Assembly (NCBI RefSeq): GCF_006345805.1
Contig: NC_043006.1
Location: 65,472,001 to 65,536,000, forward strand
Direction: 5' to 3'
DNA length: 64,000 bases
DNA from: Octopus sinensis
Lineage: Eukaryota
Shown here: piece after piece, positions 12,980-25,802 of the stretch
Numbering within the stretch: position 1 is the stretch's first letter
How the letters are laid out: the number at the start of each line of letters is the position of its first letter
Notes under the pieces: model-generated
The model's database searches: none
What the model saw: only the letters and a program-made list of their open reading frames with translations
Told to the model about the DNA's origin: nothing
Translations under genes and position numbers: made by a program

Positions 12980-13400
12980 TACGATGGGCTTCTTTCAGTT
13001 TCCATCTACCAAATCCACTCACGAGGCATTGGTCGGCCCGAGGCTATAGCAGAAGACACTTGCCCAAGATGCCACGCAGTGGGACTGATCCCGGAACCAT
13101 GTGGTTGGTAAGCAAGCTACTTACCACACAGCCACTCCATGTTTAGAAAATATTGTCGCTTTGATGCAGTTCAGACATTCCCACCAGAAGCTTCCAATTC
13201 CATCCAAACTTTGTGTACAAAAGATTTTGCAACATTTAGAAAGTTGACAATTTCTGTGATCTACACATATGGCAACAATGACTTCATGTCTTTTCATTTC
13301 TTTTAATTGATTTGAAGAAAGTAATTAATATATCCTCAAATATCCCTCCATATCCTGTATTTTACTGTTTCTGGTGATCTTCAGATTTCTCCCTACTTTT
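12265..13400 (-). pseudogene. Decayed Tc1/mariner (maT/DD37D-like) transposase, interrupted by a SINE
   Basis: Minus strand gives MKRHEVIVAI..EIVNFLNVAKSFVHKV from 13297, then VQNIIDDD..KSYVLRRG, then KRLFNKVKNLHEHGMLWFFSDEKIFNQNQ..NDRWICADPS..MHTKYPATVVVL..VS (12289-12537). FSDEK is the first catalytic Asp motif. Frameshifted and 3' truncated. Confidence 0.85.
12707..13140 (-). mobile_element. Near-intact tRNA-derived SINE (family A) with internal (AT)n/(AC)n, inserted in the transposase
   Basis: Head ggagtggctgtgtggt (A-box-like), ggttccgggatcagtccc (B-box-like), ccttgggcaag segment, microsatellite, right arm ending gactgaaacaagtaaaaga with an A-rich tail. Confidence 0.9.
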
Positions 13401-14450
13401 TTTAAAAAATGGTCTTGCTGCTCATTACATCTCTTCTACTTTGTATTTTTTGCTTGTCTATACTTTTGCATCAGACATTGTAGTTTCTTGGGCTTTTAAC
13501 TTCTTCATTAGAGAAGAAACGTCTCTTAGTATATGGATTAGAAGTGTTAAGCATTGATGTGTACAAATATAAACTTGTCACTGGTTCAAATATGTTTGAG
13601 TCATATTTTTGTAGGCATTTCGTTATAGAGTAAAAATTCTAACTGTAGACAAAAAGGTATAAACATACCAAATCAGTCTGGAGCATCCCTTTACCCAGAT
13701 CAATGGATGCATGTGTTTCAGAGTAGTTATTTCCTCTCAAATATTGAGCACTGGAAAGACAGGCACTTTGAGAGACCAGGTCTCTTTTCTTACAGTCCAG
13801 TCAAAAATTGTGATTGGCTGCACTAATTGGTGGCCTGGCCATGCTAAAATAATGATTAGAAGTGCTAAGCAGTGATGTCTATAAACATCTACACCGGAAA
13901 ACCTTTTTTTATATTTATTAGTAAAAGAAGTTAATGACCTAAAAAAAAATTATAATCTTATTAACGACAAAACATCTCATACATTTACACATGTAATTCC
14001 ATATATTCTTTTCAAAAGCAACTTATTTTGAATCAAAACCACTTCATACTATTAACTTCCACCTTACCGCCCTCTTCTAATCCTCAACATTTCAAACCTT
14101 TTTTTTATCCATATATTATGGTATCACATCTCCCTGCTGCCTGAGAGAACCCATAAATAAAAAGTATTACCATATTTGAAGGCATAAAAGACACATTGAC
14201 ATATTAGACACCCTAATTTCAGCAGTGTATATTCAGGGGGAAAAAATTGTTTTAGCATGTAACATTGACTTAACAGTGCTTTTAGGGTCTGAGATGGCTT
14301 TTTTTGTTTTGAGATGTTTTTTAGGAACAAAAATGTATGTCTTATACAATGTCATATATGGTATCTTTTACTTGTGGCCATACTGGGGCACCACCCTGAG
14401 TGAGTCCATTGTCAACTTTAGCACTACCCTCTCGGATGCTATTTGCATAT

Positions 14451-14487
<37 letters not shown>

Positions 14488-14749
14488 GAGGATGATGATG
14501 AAAACAGTTGTTCATGGAGCCTGGCCTGAGAGTTATATTGGGATATTTGTGCTGCCTTCTTTTTGAAATCCTCAGTTTCTCAGGTTGCATTTAGATGATA
14601 TTTTGGGAATATTTAAAATTTTCAGTGTTTCAATACTTATTAAAGGTTATGCTTTGTTAAGCTTGACATCATACCTTTCCAATTTAATTCCCATACTCAG
14701 AGAATTGAAGGCATACTATCATAACTAGGTTTGCTACCTTAATAGTTGA

Positions 14750-15560
14750 GTTGATGTCGACTCATTTGGCTTTGTTTGTCAAATTCATGGTGATCCTGTT
14801 GATGTTGTCGATTGAGTTCATGTTGACCCAACTGGTTCTATTTGTTGAATTTATGTTGGCCTGACTATCACAGCTACCTTAGGACCTGTGATTCAGGAGT
14901 TAGGTTTGAAAGGACATCTTGTACATGTTTACTGCAGGTTCAGGATAAAGTGACCCATTCCAGTTTAGCAGTTGAGGTCATAGTGACCCAACTAGATTTA
15001 CAAGTTGAGGGCACTGTGATCTATGTAAGAATTAAAGGTTAAGGTTAAACTAACCTAACTAAGTTTGCAAGTTAAGGTCATGGTGACCTGACTAAGTTGG
15101 CAGGTTAAGGTCACGATGACCCAATTAGGTTTGCAGGCTGATGAGGACATAAGAACCCAGCTTAGTTTGCAAGGAAATGGCGTATTAACTGACTGTGATG
15201 CTTGAGGACCTGTTGATTTAATTAGTTTGTTTGTAGGTTGAGGATATGGTGAATGAATTAGGTTTTTAGTTAATGACATGGTGACACAACTTGGTTCACA
15301 GGTTGAGGTCAAGATGACTTAACTGTGTCTGCAAGTTGAGGACATTGCAATCTAGTCATCTTTGTTGGTCCAAGTAACTCTGCTTGTCGATATCGCATTC
15401 TCCTTCTACATCTTTCAACTGAGGGTGTATTGACCCTCTTACAGTGACCCAGCTAGATTTATTGGTTAATGGTGTGTTGACCTAGTTAGCTTTACTCACT
15501 AAAGGCACATTGACCAGCTTGGTGATCAATGCCATGGTGATTCAACTAGTTCTTGTGACA
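14750..15560. repeat. Degenerate minisatellite, about 33-bp unit
   Basis: Recurring tgacccaactaggtttgcaggttgaggtcatgg-like unit, clearest at 14950-15350. Confidence 0.8.
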
Positions 15561-16839
15561 CAACTCACTCTAATGATCGAGGACATTGATCCTTCTTCCC
15601 TACCAAGTTCCCTCACCACTCAATAGTTTCCTATTTCAATGATGTAATTGCTTATTTTTAGGATGACATTGTAGCATAGGTGTGATAGGTTGGATCTGGC
15701 CATTTGTAACATAAGATGGGTAGAATATTTGAGCTGAATATGGTTGGTTTAAATGCTAAAGGAAAAAGTCAAACTAACATGGGATGTTCAATACAGTTAG
15801 TCTGTTGCAGTGGTTTCCATCCTGGGGTCCACAAAGGTAGTACTGGGGATCCGTGAACTAAATTCAAAATTTCATATATATATATATGCACACACATAAG
15901 GGTACACATATTAAAAGGGGTCTGTAGGAAAACTCATTTAAATAAAAGGGTTTGGAACAACTGGCCTGTTGGTGTATTGGGTTGCATTCCAGTCATCCAC
16001 ATAAGTTGCTAGATATTACACAGATGGCAAGCAGCATTATTATTCTTTGACCCTTAAAATTTAAAGTCAAGGTTTTTTCCTTAATCAGGTCCTGTGTCAT
16101 ATACATTCTCTGCCTTCCCGCATCCCTCCCATAGCACTTAGAGATATTTCCCCCGATTTGCTATGTTCAACCCTTTTGCACAGTGTCCATATGGCTCTTG
16201 GGAGTCCATGTTAGGTTTTGTTGTTGGTTATACATGTACAATACACAAAATATTTTACCAATTTTTATGCAATTCCTAATAATATTTAACTCTCAAATAT
16301 ATAACATGATTTTGTTTTTAACATGGGGGTCCATCTGAGAAAAATTTTAAGTAAAATAGAAATCAAAGGGGTCCATAGGAAAAAAATGGTTGAGAAACAC
16401 TGCCTTAGCATTTAAAATTACCATATCCGGCCCAAATATTTCTACCTATTTTATGTTTAAACTAGTCAGATTCAGCCTTTCATACATATGCTACAGTGTC
16501 CATTTTAAAATTAACAATCACATCATTGGGATTTTAAAGCTATGAGATAATGTTTGAATAATTGAAAACAATGTGAACAAGAGCACTCAGAGAGTGCAAA
16601 CCTCTGCCAAGGCAACACCAACGTCCTCTCAATGATTAACCAGAGATAGGGTTCAACTAATCAACTAAAGTCTTCTCTGAAATATATCCGTCTGATAGAA
16701 ATAATTGTTGAATTTAAGATTTAAAATTAAATGTGCCAAAATGTAAATGAGTAAATTCTTTTCCAAAATTGCTTGTTTGTTTTGTTGAATTTTCTTTTTT
16801 AATTCCTATTAATGTATTTTTTTTTTTGGTCTATTCCAG

Positions 16840-16927
16840 GAGCTTGCATCCCAAGGGCAACATTATTAGCTAAACATGGCTATTTATAACTCTAATTTGT
16901 TACCAAGATGGTAGCACTTTGACGCAG
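16840..16927 (+). other. Probable non-coding (5' UTR) exon of TLK carrying two short uORFs
   Basis: Long T tract then ctattccag| acceptor, 88 nt of unique sequence, consensus CAG|gtgagt donor. All three frames contain stops. Assignment to TLK is inferred from strand and position. Confidence 0.55.
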
Positions 16928-17136
16928 GTGAGTTCCAACTGTACGGAGGGGACATTTTTGCTCAGTTTGCGGCTCAATACTCACTCTCATCTAGTCATGA
17001 CAGGCACGTAGAATTAAAGTTGTCTTCATCTTTCTCTCTCTCTACCTATTCTCCTTTCCTTCTTTCTGTCTATCACATTTCACATACTGGCATCCTATCT
17101 TGTCTGTCTTCCAATCACCTCTATCTTTCTCTTCTT

Positions 17137-17177
<41 letters not shown>

Positions 17178-17689
17178 TTTCTACCTTTCTACCTCATTCT
17201 TTTCCTCTTCTCTTTTTTATCATTACCATTTCTTTTTTGCATATGTCTTTTGTAACTTATTTATACTTCTTCTTATTTTCTCCTTTCTATATTTTCCCCT
17301 CTTCTGACCCCACATCACTCACTCTCCTTCTCTTTTTCTCTCTCTCTTAAAAATTCTTCCTCTCTTATGTAACTCTTCACCCTTCTCGCTAATATTTTAC
17401 AACGTTGTGTCAAATATTTCTTTCTAAATAACAACGAAACAAGCATAAAAGGTAGCAATGTTGTTATATGTTATCAAAAGAGATTATTTACAGATTCCTA
17501 CCAATACTCCATATTAGATACTACCATGGTCAGTTTTGCTTTTTGTCCCATGATGGTCACTTAAAAATGAACACCAGCTCATTTCATGCAGTTGATTCCA
17601 TTGTTGAACTCCAGTATCCCTGTACAAAATTTACCCCATAATTAATCTCATAGCTAATTTAAATGCATCATTATTATAGTTATTATATG

Positions 17690-18320
17690 CAAGCATGGCC
17701 CTGTGGTCATTTGCTTCCCATCCACATGGTTTCTGGTTCAGTCCCATTGTGTGGCACCTTGGGTAAATGTCTTCTGCTATGGTCCTGGGCCAACCAATAC
17801 CTTGTGAGTCAATTTTGTAAGTGAATTTTTAGAAGGAAACAGAAAGACGTCCATCATATACATATATCTGTATGTATGCATGCATGCGTGTAAAGAGGAA
17901 TCTCTTCACAATCATCAAGCCTACCACATGGCAATGTTGGTACTTGTCTCCAAAATGAATCCCTCTACATGAAACCATTAGTAGCCTTGTTTACCCACAA
18001 ATAAAGTATATTTTTCCACCAATACAGTGTTCAGCATTCATTCTCACTGTTCAGTATTAGTGTGTGTGTGTATATATATATCTATACACACACACACATG
18101 CGCGCCTCTGTGTGTGTGTGTGTGTGTCCTCATATTCTTATACAAGCAGTGTCATTCATTTCCAGTCTTCTATAAAAATATGTGCTTTCATGAGGAATTA
18201 TTATTTTGCTTGGAAGCAAGTGAGGATTGACAACAGCAAGGACTTCTGGCCAAAGAAAATCTATGACAAATTCTGTCTAACCTATGCAAGTATGGAAAAG
18301 CAGAGATTAAAATGATGATA
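17690..18320 (+). mobile_element. SINE family A (tail type ii) with an unrelated repeat fragment nested in its microsatellite
   Basis: Left arm 17690-17860, insert about 17890-18058 (homologous to the reverse complement of 37140-37300), (GT)n, tail ending gtatggaaaagcagagattaaaatgatgat. Confidence 0.75.
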
Positions 18321-18811
18321 ATGTTTATTATTGTGTCCTTGAAACAACTCCTATGTTGTACTTCTTCTTACAAAGGACATGACAAAGGACCAAGATATCA
18401 ATTCTGCTGTCGTGGACAGGTCTCCCTGAGTACAGCAAGGTACCAGATATCCTAAAACCACTCTGGTAATGCTTGTTCATGAGGGGCTCTGCCCCATCTT
18501 CACCTGCATCCTCTCAGCCCCATCAACCTTTTCTCTCCACATTTCATCTAACACCCATCACTTCTGTATTGAGAGCAGAATATGCACATACTGCATTCCC
18601 CAGCTTTCTCAGTTACCTCCCCCATCTCCAACCCTTTCCAATAACCATTATCTTTACCTCCCTACTGTCTCCACTAATCACCTCCTTTCTGCACCTTTTG
18701 TCCTCTGTGCTGTTCTCCATCATTAACATCTCACTTATCTGCTATTGCCCTCAATGCCCTCACATGTCTACCGCAACCCCTGCCCCTCTAGTCAATCCTA
18801 TATTTCTCTCC

Positions 18812-19015
18812 AACATTAGAAGGCAAGCCCTCCAGTGGTCACCCCAAGGAAAATGGAAGTGTTGCAGACCAAAAACAACATGCAGAAGGTCCATAGAATC
18901 TGAAGCACTGTCTGGGAACAGCTGCAGTCCATTGTCAAAGATGGAGACAGATAGAGGTCTCTTGTTGGCACCCTAAACTTCATATACAGTTAAAAGATTT
19001 AAGAAGAAGAAATGG
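18812..19015 (+). pseudogene. RTE LINE 3' fragment
   Basis: NIRRQALQWSPQGKWKCCRPKTTCRRSIESE resembles RTE RQAL.WNPQGKRKRGRP..TWRR. Confidence 0.75.
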
Positions 19016-19037
19016 GCCTTTTCTATGTTGTAGTATG

Positions 19038-19384
19038 GAGGCGCAATGGCCCAGTGGTTAGGGCAGCAGACTCGCAGTTGTAACATTGCGGTTTTGATTC
19101 CCAGACTGGTTGTTGTGAGTGTTTACTGAGCGGAAACACATAAAGCCATGAGGCTCCGGCAGTGGGTGGTAGCGAACCCTGCTGTACTCTTTCACCACAA
19201 CTTTCTCTCACTCTTTCTTGTTTCTGTTGTACCTGTGTCATGCTGAATCTCCCCAAGAACTACATTAAGAGTACACGTGTCTGTGGTGTGCTCAGCCACT
19301 TGCACATTACTTTCATGAGCAGGCTGTTCTGTTGATCAGATAAACTAGAACCCTTGTTGTCGTAACCAACGGAGTGTCACGACG
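19038..19384 (+). mobile_element. tRNA-derived SINE (family H) with a 13-bp target-site duplication
   Basis: A box tggcccagtggtt, B-box-like gttttgattccc. TSD atgttgtagtatg at 19025-19037 and 19385-19397. Relatives on the minus strand at 1-232 and 20275-20590; the latter has a different 3' tail. Confidence 0.9.
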
Positions 19385-20274
19385 ATGTTGTAGTATGCTG
19401 GTAACAAGAACTGAGAGAAGGCACTCTTTGTAAGTTGAGTATTGTGTGTATGGTGCCCCAAATCACGCTGTGTGATTGCTCTTCCATCTCATTTTGGGGA
19501 TCCTTTTTGTTGTTATTTTCTGTTATTGCCATTTATTATAATCTCTTTGTTATCATTAGGCATAGGAGTGGCTGTGTGGTAAGTAGCTTGCTAACGAACC
19601 ACATGGTTCTGGGTTCAGTGTTTTGTCTGTCACTATGTTCTGAGTTCAAATTCCACCGAGGTCAACTTTACCTTTCATCCTGGGGTCAATGTAATCAACT
19701 CATCCCCTCCCCCAAAACTGCTGCCCATGTCACAAAATTTGAAACCATTATTATTATTATTATACAATCGTTGAACAGTGAAGGATAAATTGTATGACGC
19801 TGATATGTGAAGTGAGATTTCGATGTTGTTAATGTTGATGCCAGTCTTGGAAGGTCCTGTAAGGGGTCATGGGCTCCATCCCCTTTTTCCAGACTCATCA
19901 TCATCATCTTAATGTCTACTTTTCTATACTTGCATAAGTCAATAAGTAAAAGAAAAAGAAAAAAGAAAAGCACAAGAATGACATAGGTGCAAGCCTTAAC
20001 AACCCAAGAGGGTTACGATGTCTTTTTGAAGATCTTCTGCTGTTCAGCCCTCCCTAGAGTTTTTTTTACTACCATGCAATATTTATTTTTGTCTTAAATT
20101 CACATCATATAGGGGTTACTCCTTTCATCTATCTGGGTTTAATAAAGTAAATTACCTTTCATATACTGAAGTCTGTTTAATCAACTATGCTTTCAAGATT
20201 ATTTCATGTCTGTGTAGGGCCATCCTTCACACTTTGGGTTCAAGCTTTACTCTTTATGCTTCTGGTGGTCAATA

Positions 20275-20590
20275 GATTAAAGCACCCATTCAGTATTGTT
20301 GTTTGTTCCTTCTTGAGCCATGCCTGGTTTCCCGGTGTCATTGGCGTATAGGTTCCCTTCCTTTATGGGATGCTGGTCCGTTACAGGTGAGCTGCTAGAT
20401 GCAGGAGGATAGAGTGAGAGAAAGTTGTGGTAAAAGAGTCAACAGAAGTTCACCATTACCTTCTGCCAGAGCCATGTGGAGCTTAGGTCTTTCGCTCATA
20501 AACACACACATCGCCCAGTCTGAGATTCGAACCTGCAATCCCTCGACTGCAAGTTCGCTGCTCTAACCACTAGGCCATATGCCCCCCCAT
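20275..20590 (-). mobile_element. SINE family H-related copy with an alternative 3' tail
   Basis: Shares the tRNA head and the ctttcaccacaactttctctcactct body with 19038-19384. Confidence 0.75.
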
Positions 20591-21829
20591 TTAGTATTAT
20601 GATTTTTTTAATTCTATATCCCCCATCACCAGGTTTTGTGGTCTTGTAACTGTAGTGCTGTGGTTCTCAACCATTTTTTGCCTATGGACCCCTTTGGTTC
20701 ATATTTTACTCCGTAGATATTTGCTGTATATAAAAAAAATCTTACTGTATCTTAAATATTAAGAATTGTTTAAAAAAAATTAAAATACTGTATGCATTGT
20801 AGAATTATAGCCAATTTATTACACATAACATTTAACAAGAATATCTTATAAGGACCCTCTCTCTCTCTCACTCAATATTTCATCTCCCCCACCCCCTTTC
20901 TATTATTGTGCTGTGTTGTATGGTTTAGAAAGTAAGTGTCACAGTTGCTTTAGTTTGATGCCACGGCACTGGGTAAATACCTTCTATAATAGTCTTGGAC
21001 TAATCTTTGTTTTATGAATTAAATTGAGGAGATGGAAATAGTATGGAAATCCATCAGGTAGATTGTATCTTTTCTTGGATGATGGACTAAAATCATTACA
21101 TGAGTTTAACGGCCACATGCTTCTTGGTTACTTTTCCATGCCAAATTTTGGAAACTCTGTAAAACATCATGGGTTCTGCCCACTTCTTCCTTTGACCGTT
21201 TAGCATTTAAAAAACTGGCCATATCGAGCCAAATACTCTACCTGTTTTATGCTCAAAATAGTCAGATCTAGCTTGTTACACCAACCCTACAATATCATTC
21301 TAAAAATCAAGTTACCTCATAAAAATCTCAAAGCTACAGAATAATGAATGATTAATACAAAACAATGTGAATAAATAAGTATTGCACTTGACACCATAAT
21401 GTGAATGCTAATGGGTTAATTAAAACAAATTATAAAAATATGTTAGAAGCTATCATTGTTATTACCATGGCAAGTGTTGTTGTAGGTAGTTTTCATGATG
21501 TATCTTATGTTAAGCTGAGAAGTTCCATACAAAACTGTGCAAATTAGTTTCTCGGTGCTGCTGACACTGTTTTACTTATTTCCATCATGAAAATCAAAAA
21601 TTGCAATATCTCTAATTAAATAAAACTAAGATCTCGTGCCTATGTCAGATAGCTATGGTCTTGTTGTTGTTCTTGCTGCTGTTAAGATTTGACTTGTTTT
21701 GATTAATGGTATTATGGCACTATTTCTTGAATTACTTTTATATTCTAATGCACCTGTAAATTGGGTTCTGTGTATGTACATGTGTAGGAATGTGTATATG
21801 TGTATGAACATGTATGTACATATATACAT

Positions 21830-21864
<35 letters not shown>

Positions 21865-24480
21865 ATGTATATGTATATATGCATATATATGTTAAACGAT
21901 GATGATGATGATGATGATGATATATATATATATCTATAAGTATATTTATTTATATATATGTGTATATGTGTATGTATATGCATGTGTATATATATATATA
22001 AATGTATATGTGTGTGAGCATATACACATACCTCTATACCTATACACACACATGGGAATACAGCTAAAACAACTCAAAATATTTCTTTCAAAAATCTTTA
22101 AAAGATTTAAAATTATTTTTCTTAATAATAATATTGATTATGTATGTGTGTATATTATTATATATTATATATATATATATGTATATATGTGCATTATTAA
22201 CATACAAATGCATGCGCATACAGAGAGCTAGAAAAGTACACGGATATATATTTGTATACAAATTTCACACTTGTATATACAGACTTTTGTATGTATACAC
22301 ACAGATGTTTAGAGATACTTATGTGTACATATACATGCATTTATACAATTACATATATACACATACATATGCACACACACACATATTGATTGTTGAATGT
22401 TATTCTAGTGTACCTTTATTGTTTTAAAATCTGTACCTGGAATCTCGGTACAGTTCTTTTGATCTTTCATCAATTACTTTCATTGATGATGGGTTGTATT
22501 ATATATGAAGAAATAACCTGTATCTACCTTCAAAAGAAAATATCTTCATGTTTTTTTTCTTTCTTTTAATTTAAAATAAAATTATAAAAAAAGAAACCCA
22601 AAAATAAAGACATGAAATTTGGTTGGTGGTGACAAAATTATCTTGAGTGCTTTAAATAAAAAGTTACTTTTTAATTATTTTTTTGCATTAGATTTCTAAC
22701 TGCAAATTCACTAAGTCAGTTCTTACTCAAGTCAAAATCTCACCTTTGCAAGGTTCAGGCTGGCTGGTTGGGTGGATGGAACTCGCATTCATATCTTTTT
22801 AAATTCAACACTTTTTTACTAACATCTTTCTCATTCTCTCTCTCTCCCTGTTCATATTGTCTGTGAATCTACCTTTGTTTCCTTTTATACCTCTTTCTTA
22901 TAACATTTTAATGCTTCATTCTCTCTCTCTCTCTCTCTCACTCAATGTTCATCTCCCCCACCCCCTTTCTATTATTTGCTTTTCTGTTTTCAATTTTCTT
23001 GTCATCTCAGGAACAATTTTTTTCTGCTGTCACCTCATATATAAATTCCTCATCTACTAGAAATTAAAGACAGTCAGTGGCCGATACATGATGTGCAGAT
23101 CCTGGAGACCCCAAATTTCACAGTGCCCAGCCAAAATAAAATGAACACCTCTGATTGTGAGTGAGACCTGTTTTACTAAATTTCATTGCTTCATTCATTA
23201 CTTTTGTTCTCAAAAAAAAAAATAATAAAATAAAATAAAATAAAATAAAACCTTTCATATTTTCATTATCAGCATAACTATAATGTTTTGTGAAATATTG
23301 TCAGTTTTGTGTTGTTCCCTTCTAAATGACTGTTCTACATGTGCTTAGTTGGTCGAGTCTGGTAGGACCTGCTTCTCATTGTTTCATGTCTCTTATTTGA
23401 GGAATATATGAATGATGACGCCAACGATAATGGTTTGTCGAGTCAGTGCTGCCTTACGAGTCCTTCTCATCTTGCAACTGGGAAATGTCTGGTGCTGTTC
23501 CTGTCCATTGTGATTTGTTGCTTAATGTTGAGTAAATGTGTTGGGATGGGGGTGACATTTGTGCAACTATTACAGTAGATTCAATTGCCATGACCATCCA
23601 TGCTGACATGTATGGTGCTAGGCCACTTTTGGACTACTGAAGGAAGGCTGCATGAATTGCATGTTTTAGCTGCTCCTGCTGATGTAGAAGCATATCTCTG
23701 TCTGTATGTCTCCTTCTCTCTTTTAGAGTTTGTTCTTCTTAACCTCTTAAACATTTTTCCCAATTGTCACAGCTCTTTCCAATCTGTGTTCAAATCCTTC
23801 TGGATTTAACTTTACCTTTCATCATTTCGGAATCAATAAATAAAGTACCACTTGAGTACTAGAATTGATGGTATCAACTAAATCCCTCTCCTAGAAAATT
23901 ATTGATCTTATGCGTAAATTAGAAGCATCTGCTATCAGTGTTTTGGGGTAACTAAAAGCTTGTTTGTCAGTCATTAAAGACAACTTCATATTGGCCATTG
24001 TTTGGGTTAATTTGCAGGCCAATCAGGGCTGACTTCCCATTGCTACAAGAACCATTTAAAGAATTGCTGGTATCTATGTTAATATTCTTCTCTAGTTTTT
24101 TGAAAAAACACTATTTTTAGGTTATTGAAGGGTGGTTGGTGTTAGGAAGGGCATCCAGCCATAAAAACCGTGACAAAACAGACACAGATGTCTAGTGGAG
24201 TCTTCTGCTTGGCCAGCTCCTGTCAAACCATCCAAACCATGCCAGCATGGAAGGTGGATGTTAAACGATGTTGATGATGATGGTGATGCCATAAAGAGGC
24301 ACAACTTGCTATCATTGTAAACAATAAGAATAAACTATGTCTGAGAAAAATATGGGATTATGAGGGTTAAATTAACTGCTTTGTAGTACAGGGCTGACCT
24401 GAGGCTTAATAACAACCATCACACATTTAGAAGACTACACATCGTTTGTTCTATTAGCAATTAAAAACAAAGGCAATGAA

Positions 24481-24694
24481 CCCTTTAGCATTTAAACTGG
24501 CCATATCCAACCCAGATATTCTACCTGTTTTATATTCAAACCAGCTGAATTTGGCCTCTCACACCTACCCTACAATGTCATTCTAAAGAAAGCAATCACA
24601 TCATTGAGATCTTAAGGTTCTGAGATAATGCATGGTTAATTCAAACAATGCAAATAAATGTTAGATCTGACAGAGTCATCTGAATGCCAAAGGG
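24481..24694 (+). mobile_element. piggyBac-type MITE family C
   Basis: ccctttagcatt...gaatgccaaaggg followed by TTAA; left TSD reads TGAA. Confidence 0.85.
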
Positions 24695-24834
24695 TTAAAA
24701 ACAAATCTGTGCTTTTGAAGCTAAGTGGAATAATATATTCCTTACTCAAAATGATAGAAAGGGTATCTGGCTATAAAATTTTGCCTAAATCTCAATCCAA
24801 ATCTTAACAGTATGGGGAAAATACACATAAAAAA

Positions 24835-25230
24835 AATGAACATACATGGGCTCAGGTATTGTAAGAAGTTTGCTTCCCGACCACAGTAGGCGGGTTCTGT
24901 CCCACTGCATGACACCATGGGCAAGTGCCGTCTTCTATTGCCTCAGGCTGACTAATGCCTTGTGTGTGGATTTGGTAGATGGAAACTGAAAGAAGCCTGT
25001 TGTGTATGTGTGTGTATGGGCATTTTTTTTGTGTCTCTGTTAGTTCCCCCATTGTCGCTTGACAACTGGTGTTGGTGTGTTTACATCCCCATAGCTTAGC
25101 AGTTTGGTAAAAGAGACCGATAGTGTAAGTACCAGGTTTTAAAATAAGTAGTGGGGGGTGCGATTCATTCGACTAAATTGGCTTCAAAGCAGTGCCCCAG
25201 CATGGCCACAGTCTAATGACTGAAACAAGT
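24835..25230 (+). mobile_element. SINE family A (right arm type i)
   Basis: Complete left arm, (GT)-rich hinge and right arm. Confidence 0.85.
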
Positions 25231-25351
25231 GTATCAATTATAGTTTCTTGAATCTGACCTCACATTGCTCACTGTGCAGGGTGGGGATTCTCAAATGGTC
25301 TGCTGCAAAGGGTATCTAGATCCTCTATGGATTTTTGAAGGCATGATTTAA

Positions 25352-25802
25352 CCTTTTCGTTACTGTATTTATTTTGAGATGTTCTATGTTTCTTTCAATT
25401 ACTTTAAATATAACAAAGAATTTAGTAAAATAACTTAGTTGTCATTAAGCTAGTGTTAGGAACATAAATTGTAACTAAGGTTTGGTAGAAGATTTTAATA
25501 CAAAACTTATGAAAACGACATTTGTACTACAGAGACAGGGGTGGTTTCAGCTGGGTTGGTATTGAAAGGGTTAAATTAATCACTTGTTAACCCTTTTGTT
25601 ACCATATTTCTGTTGAGATGCTCTGTGTTTCTTTCAATTGATTTTAAATATAACAAAGAATGTAGTAAAAAAATTTAGTTATCATTCACCTAGTGTTAGG
25701 AACATAAATTGTAATTAAGGTTTGGTGGAAGATTTTAATTCAAAACTTATGAAAACAAGACATTTGTACTCAGAGCCAGAGGCAGTTTCTGCCAGGTTGG
25801 TA
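25352..25802 (+). mobile_element. Tandem dimer of MITE family D (second unit lacks its last bases)
   Basis: Units 25352-25570 and 25591-about 25802, junction TTAA-attaatcacttg-TTAA. Confidence 0.88.

Noticed and set aside
23340-23800. Possible LINE terminal fragment on the minus strand (KREKETYRQR..KTCNSC)
   Set aside because: Resemblance to an RTE C-terminus is too weak to call without a search.
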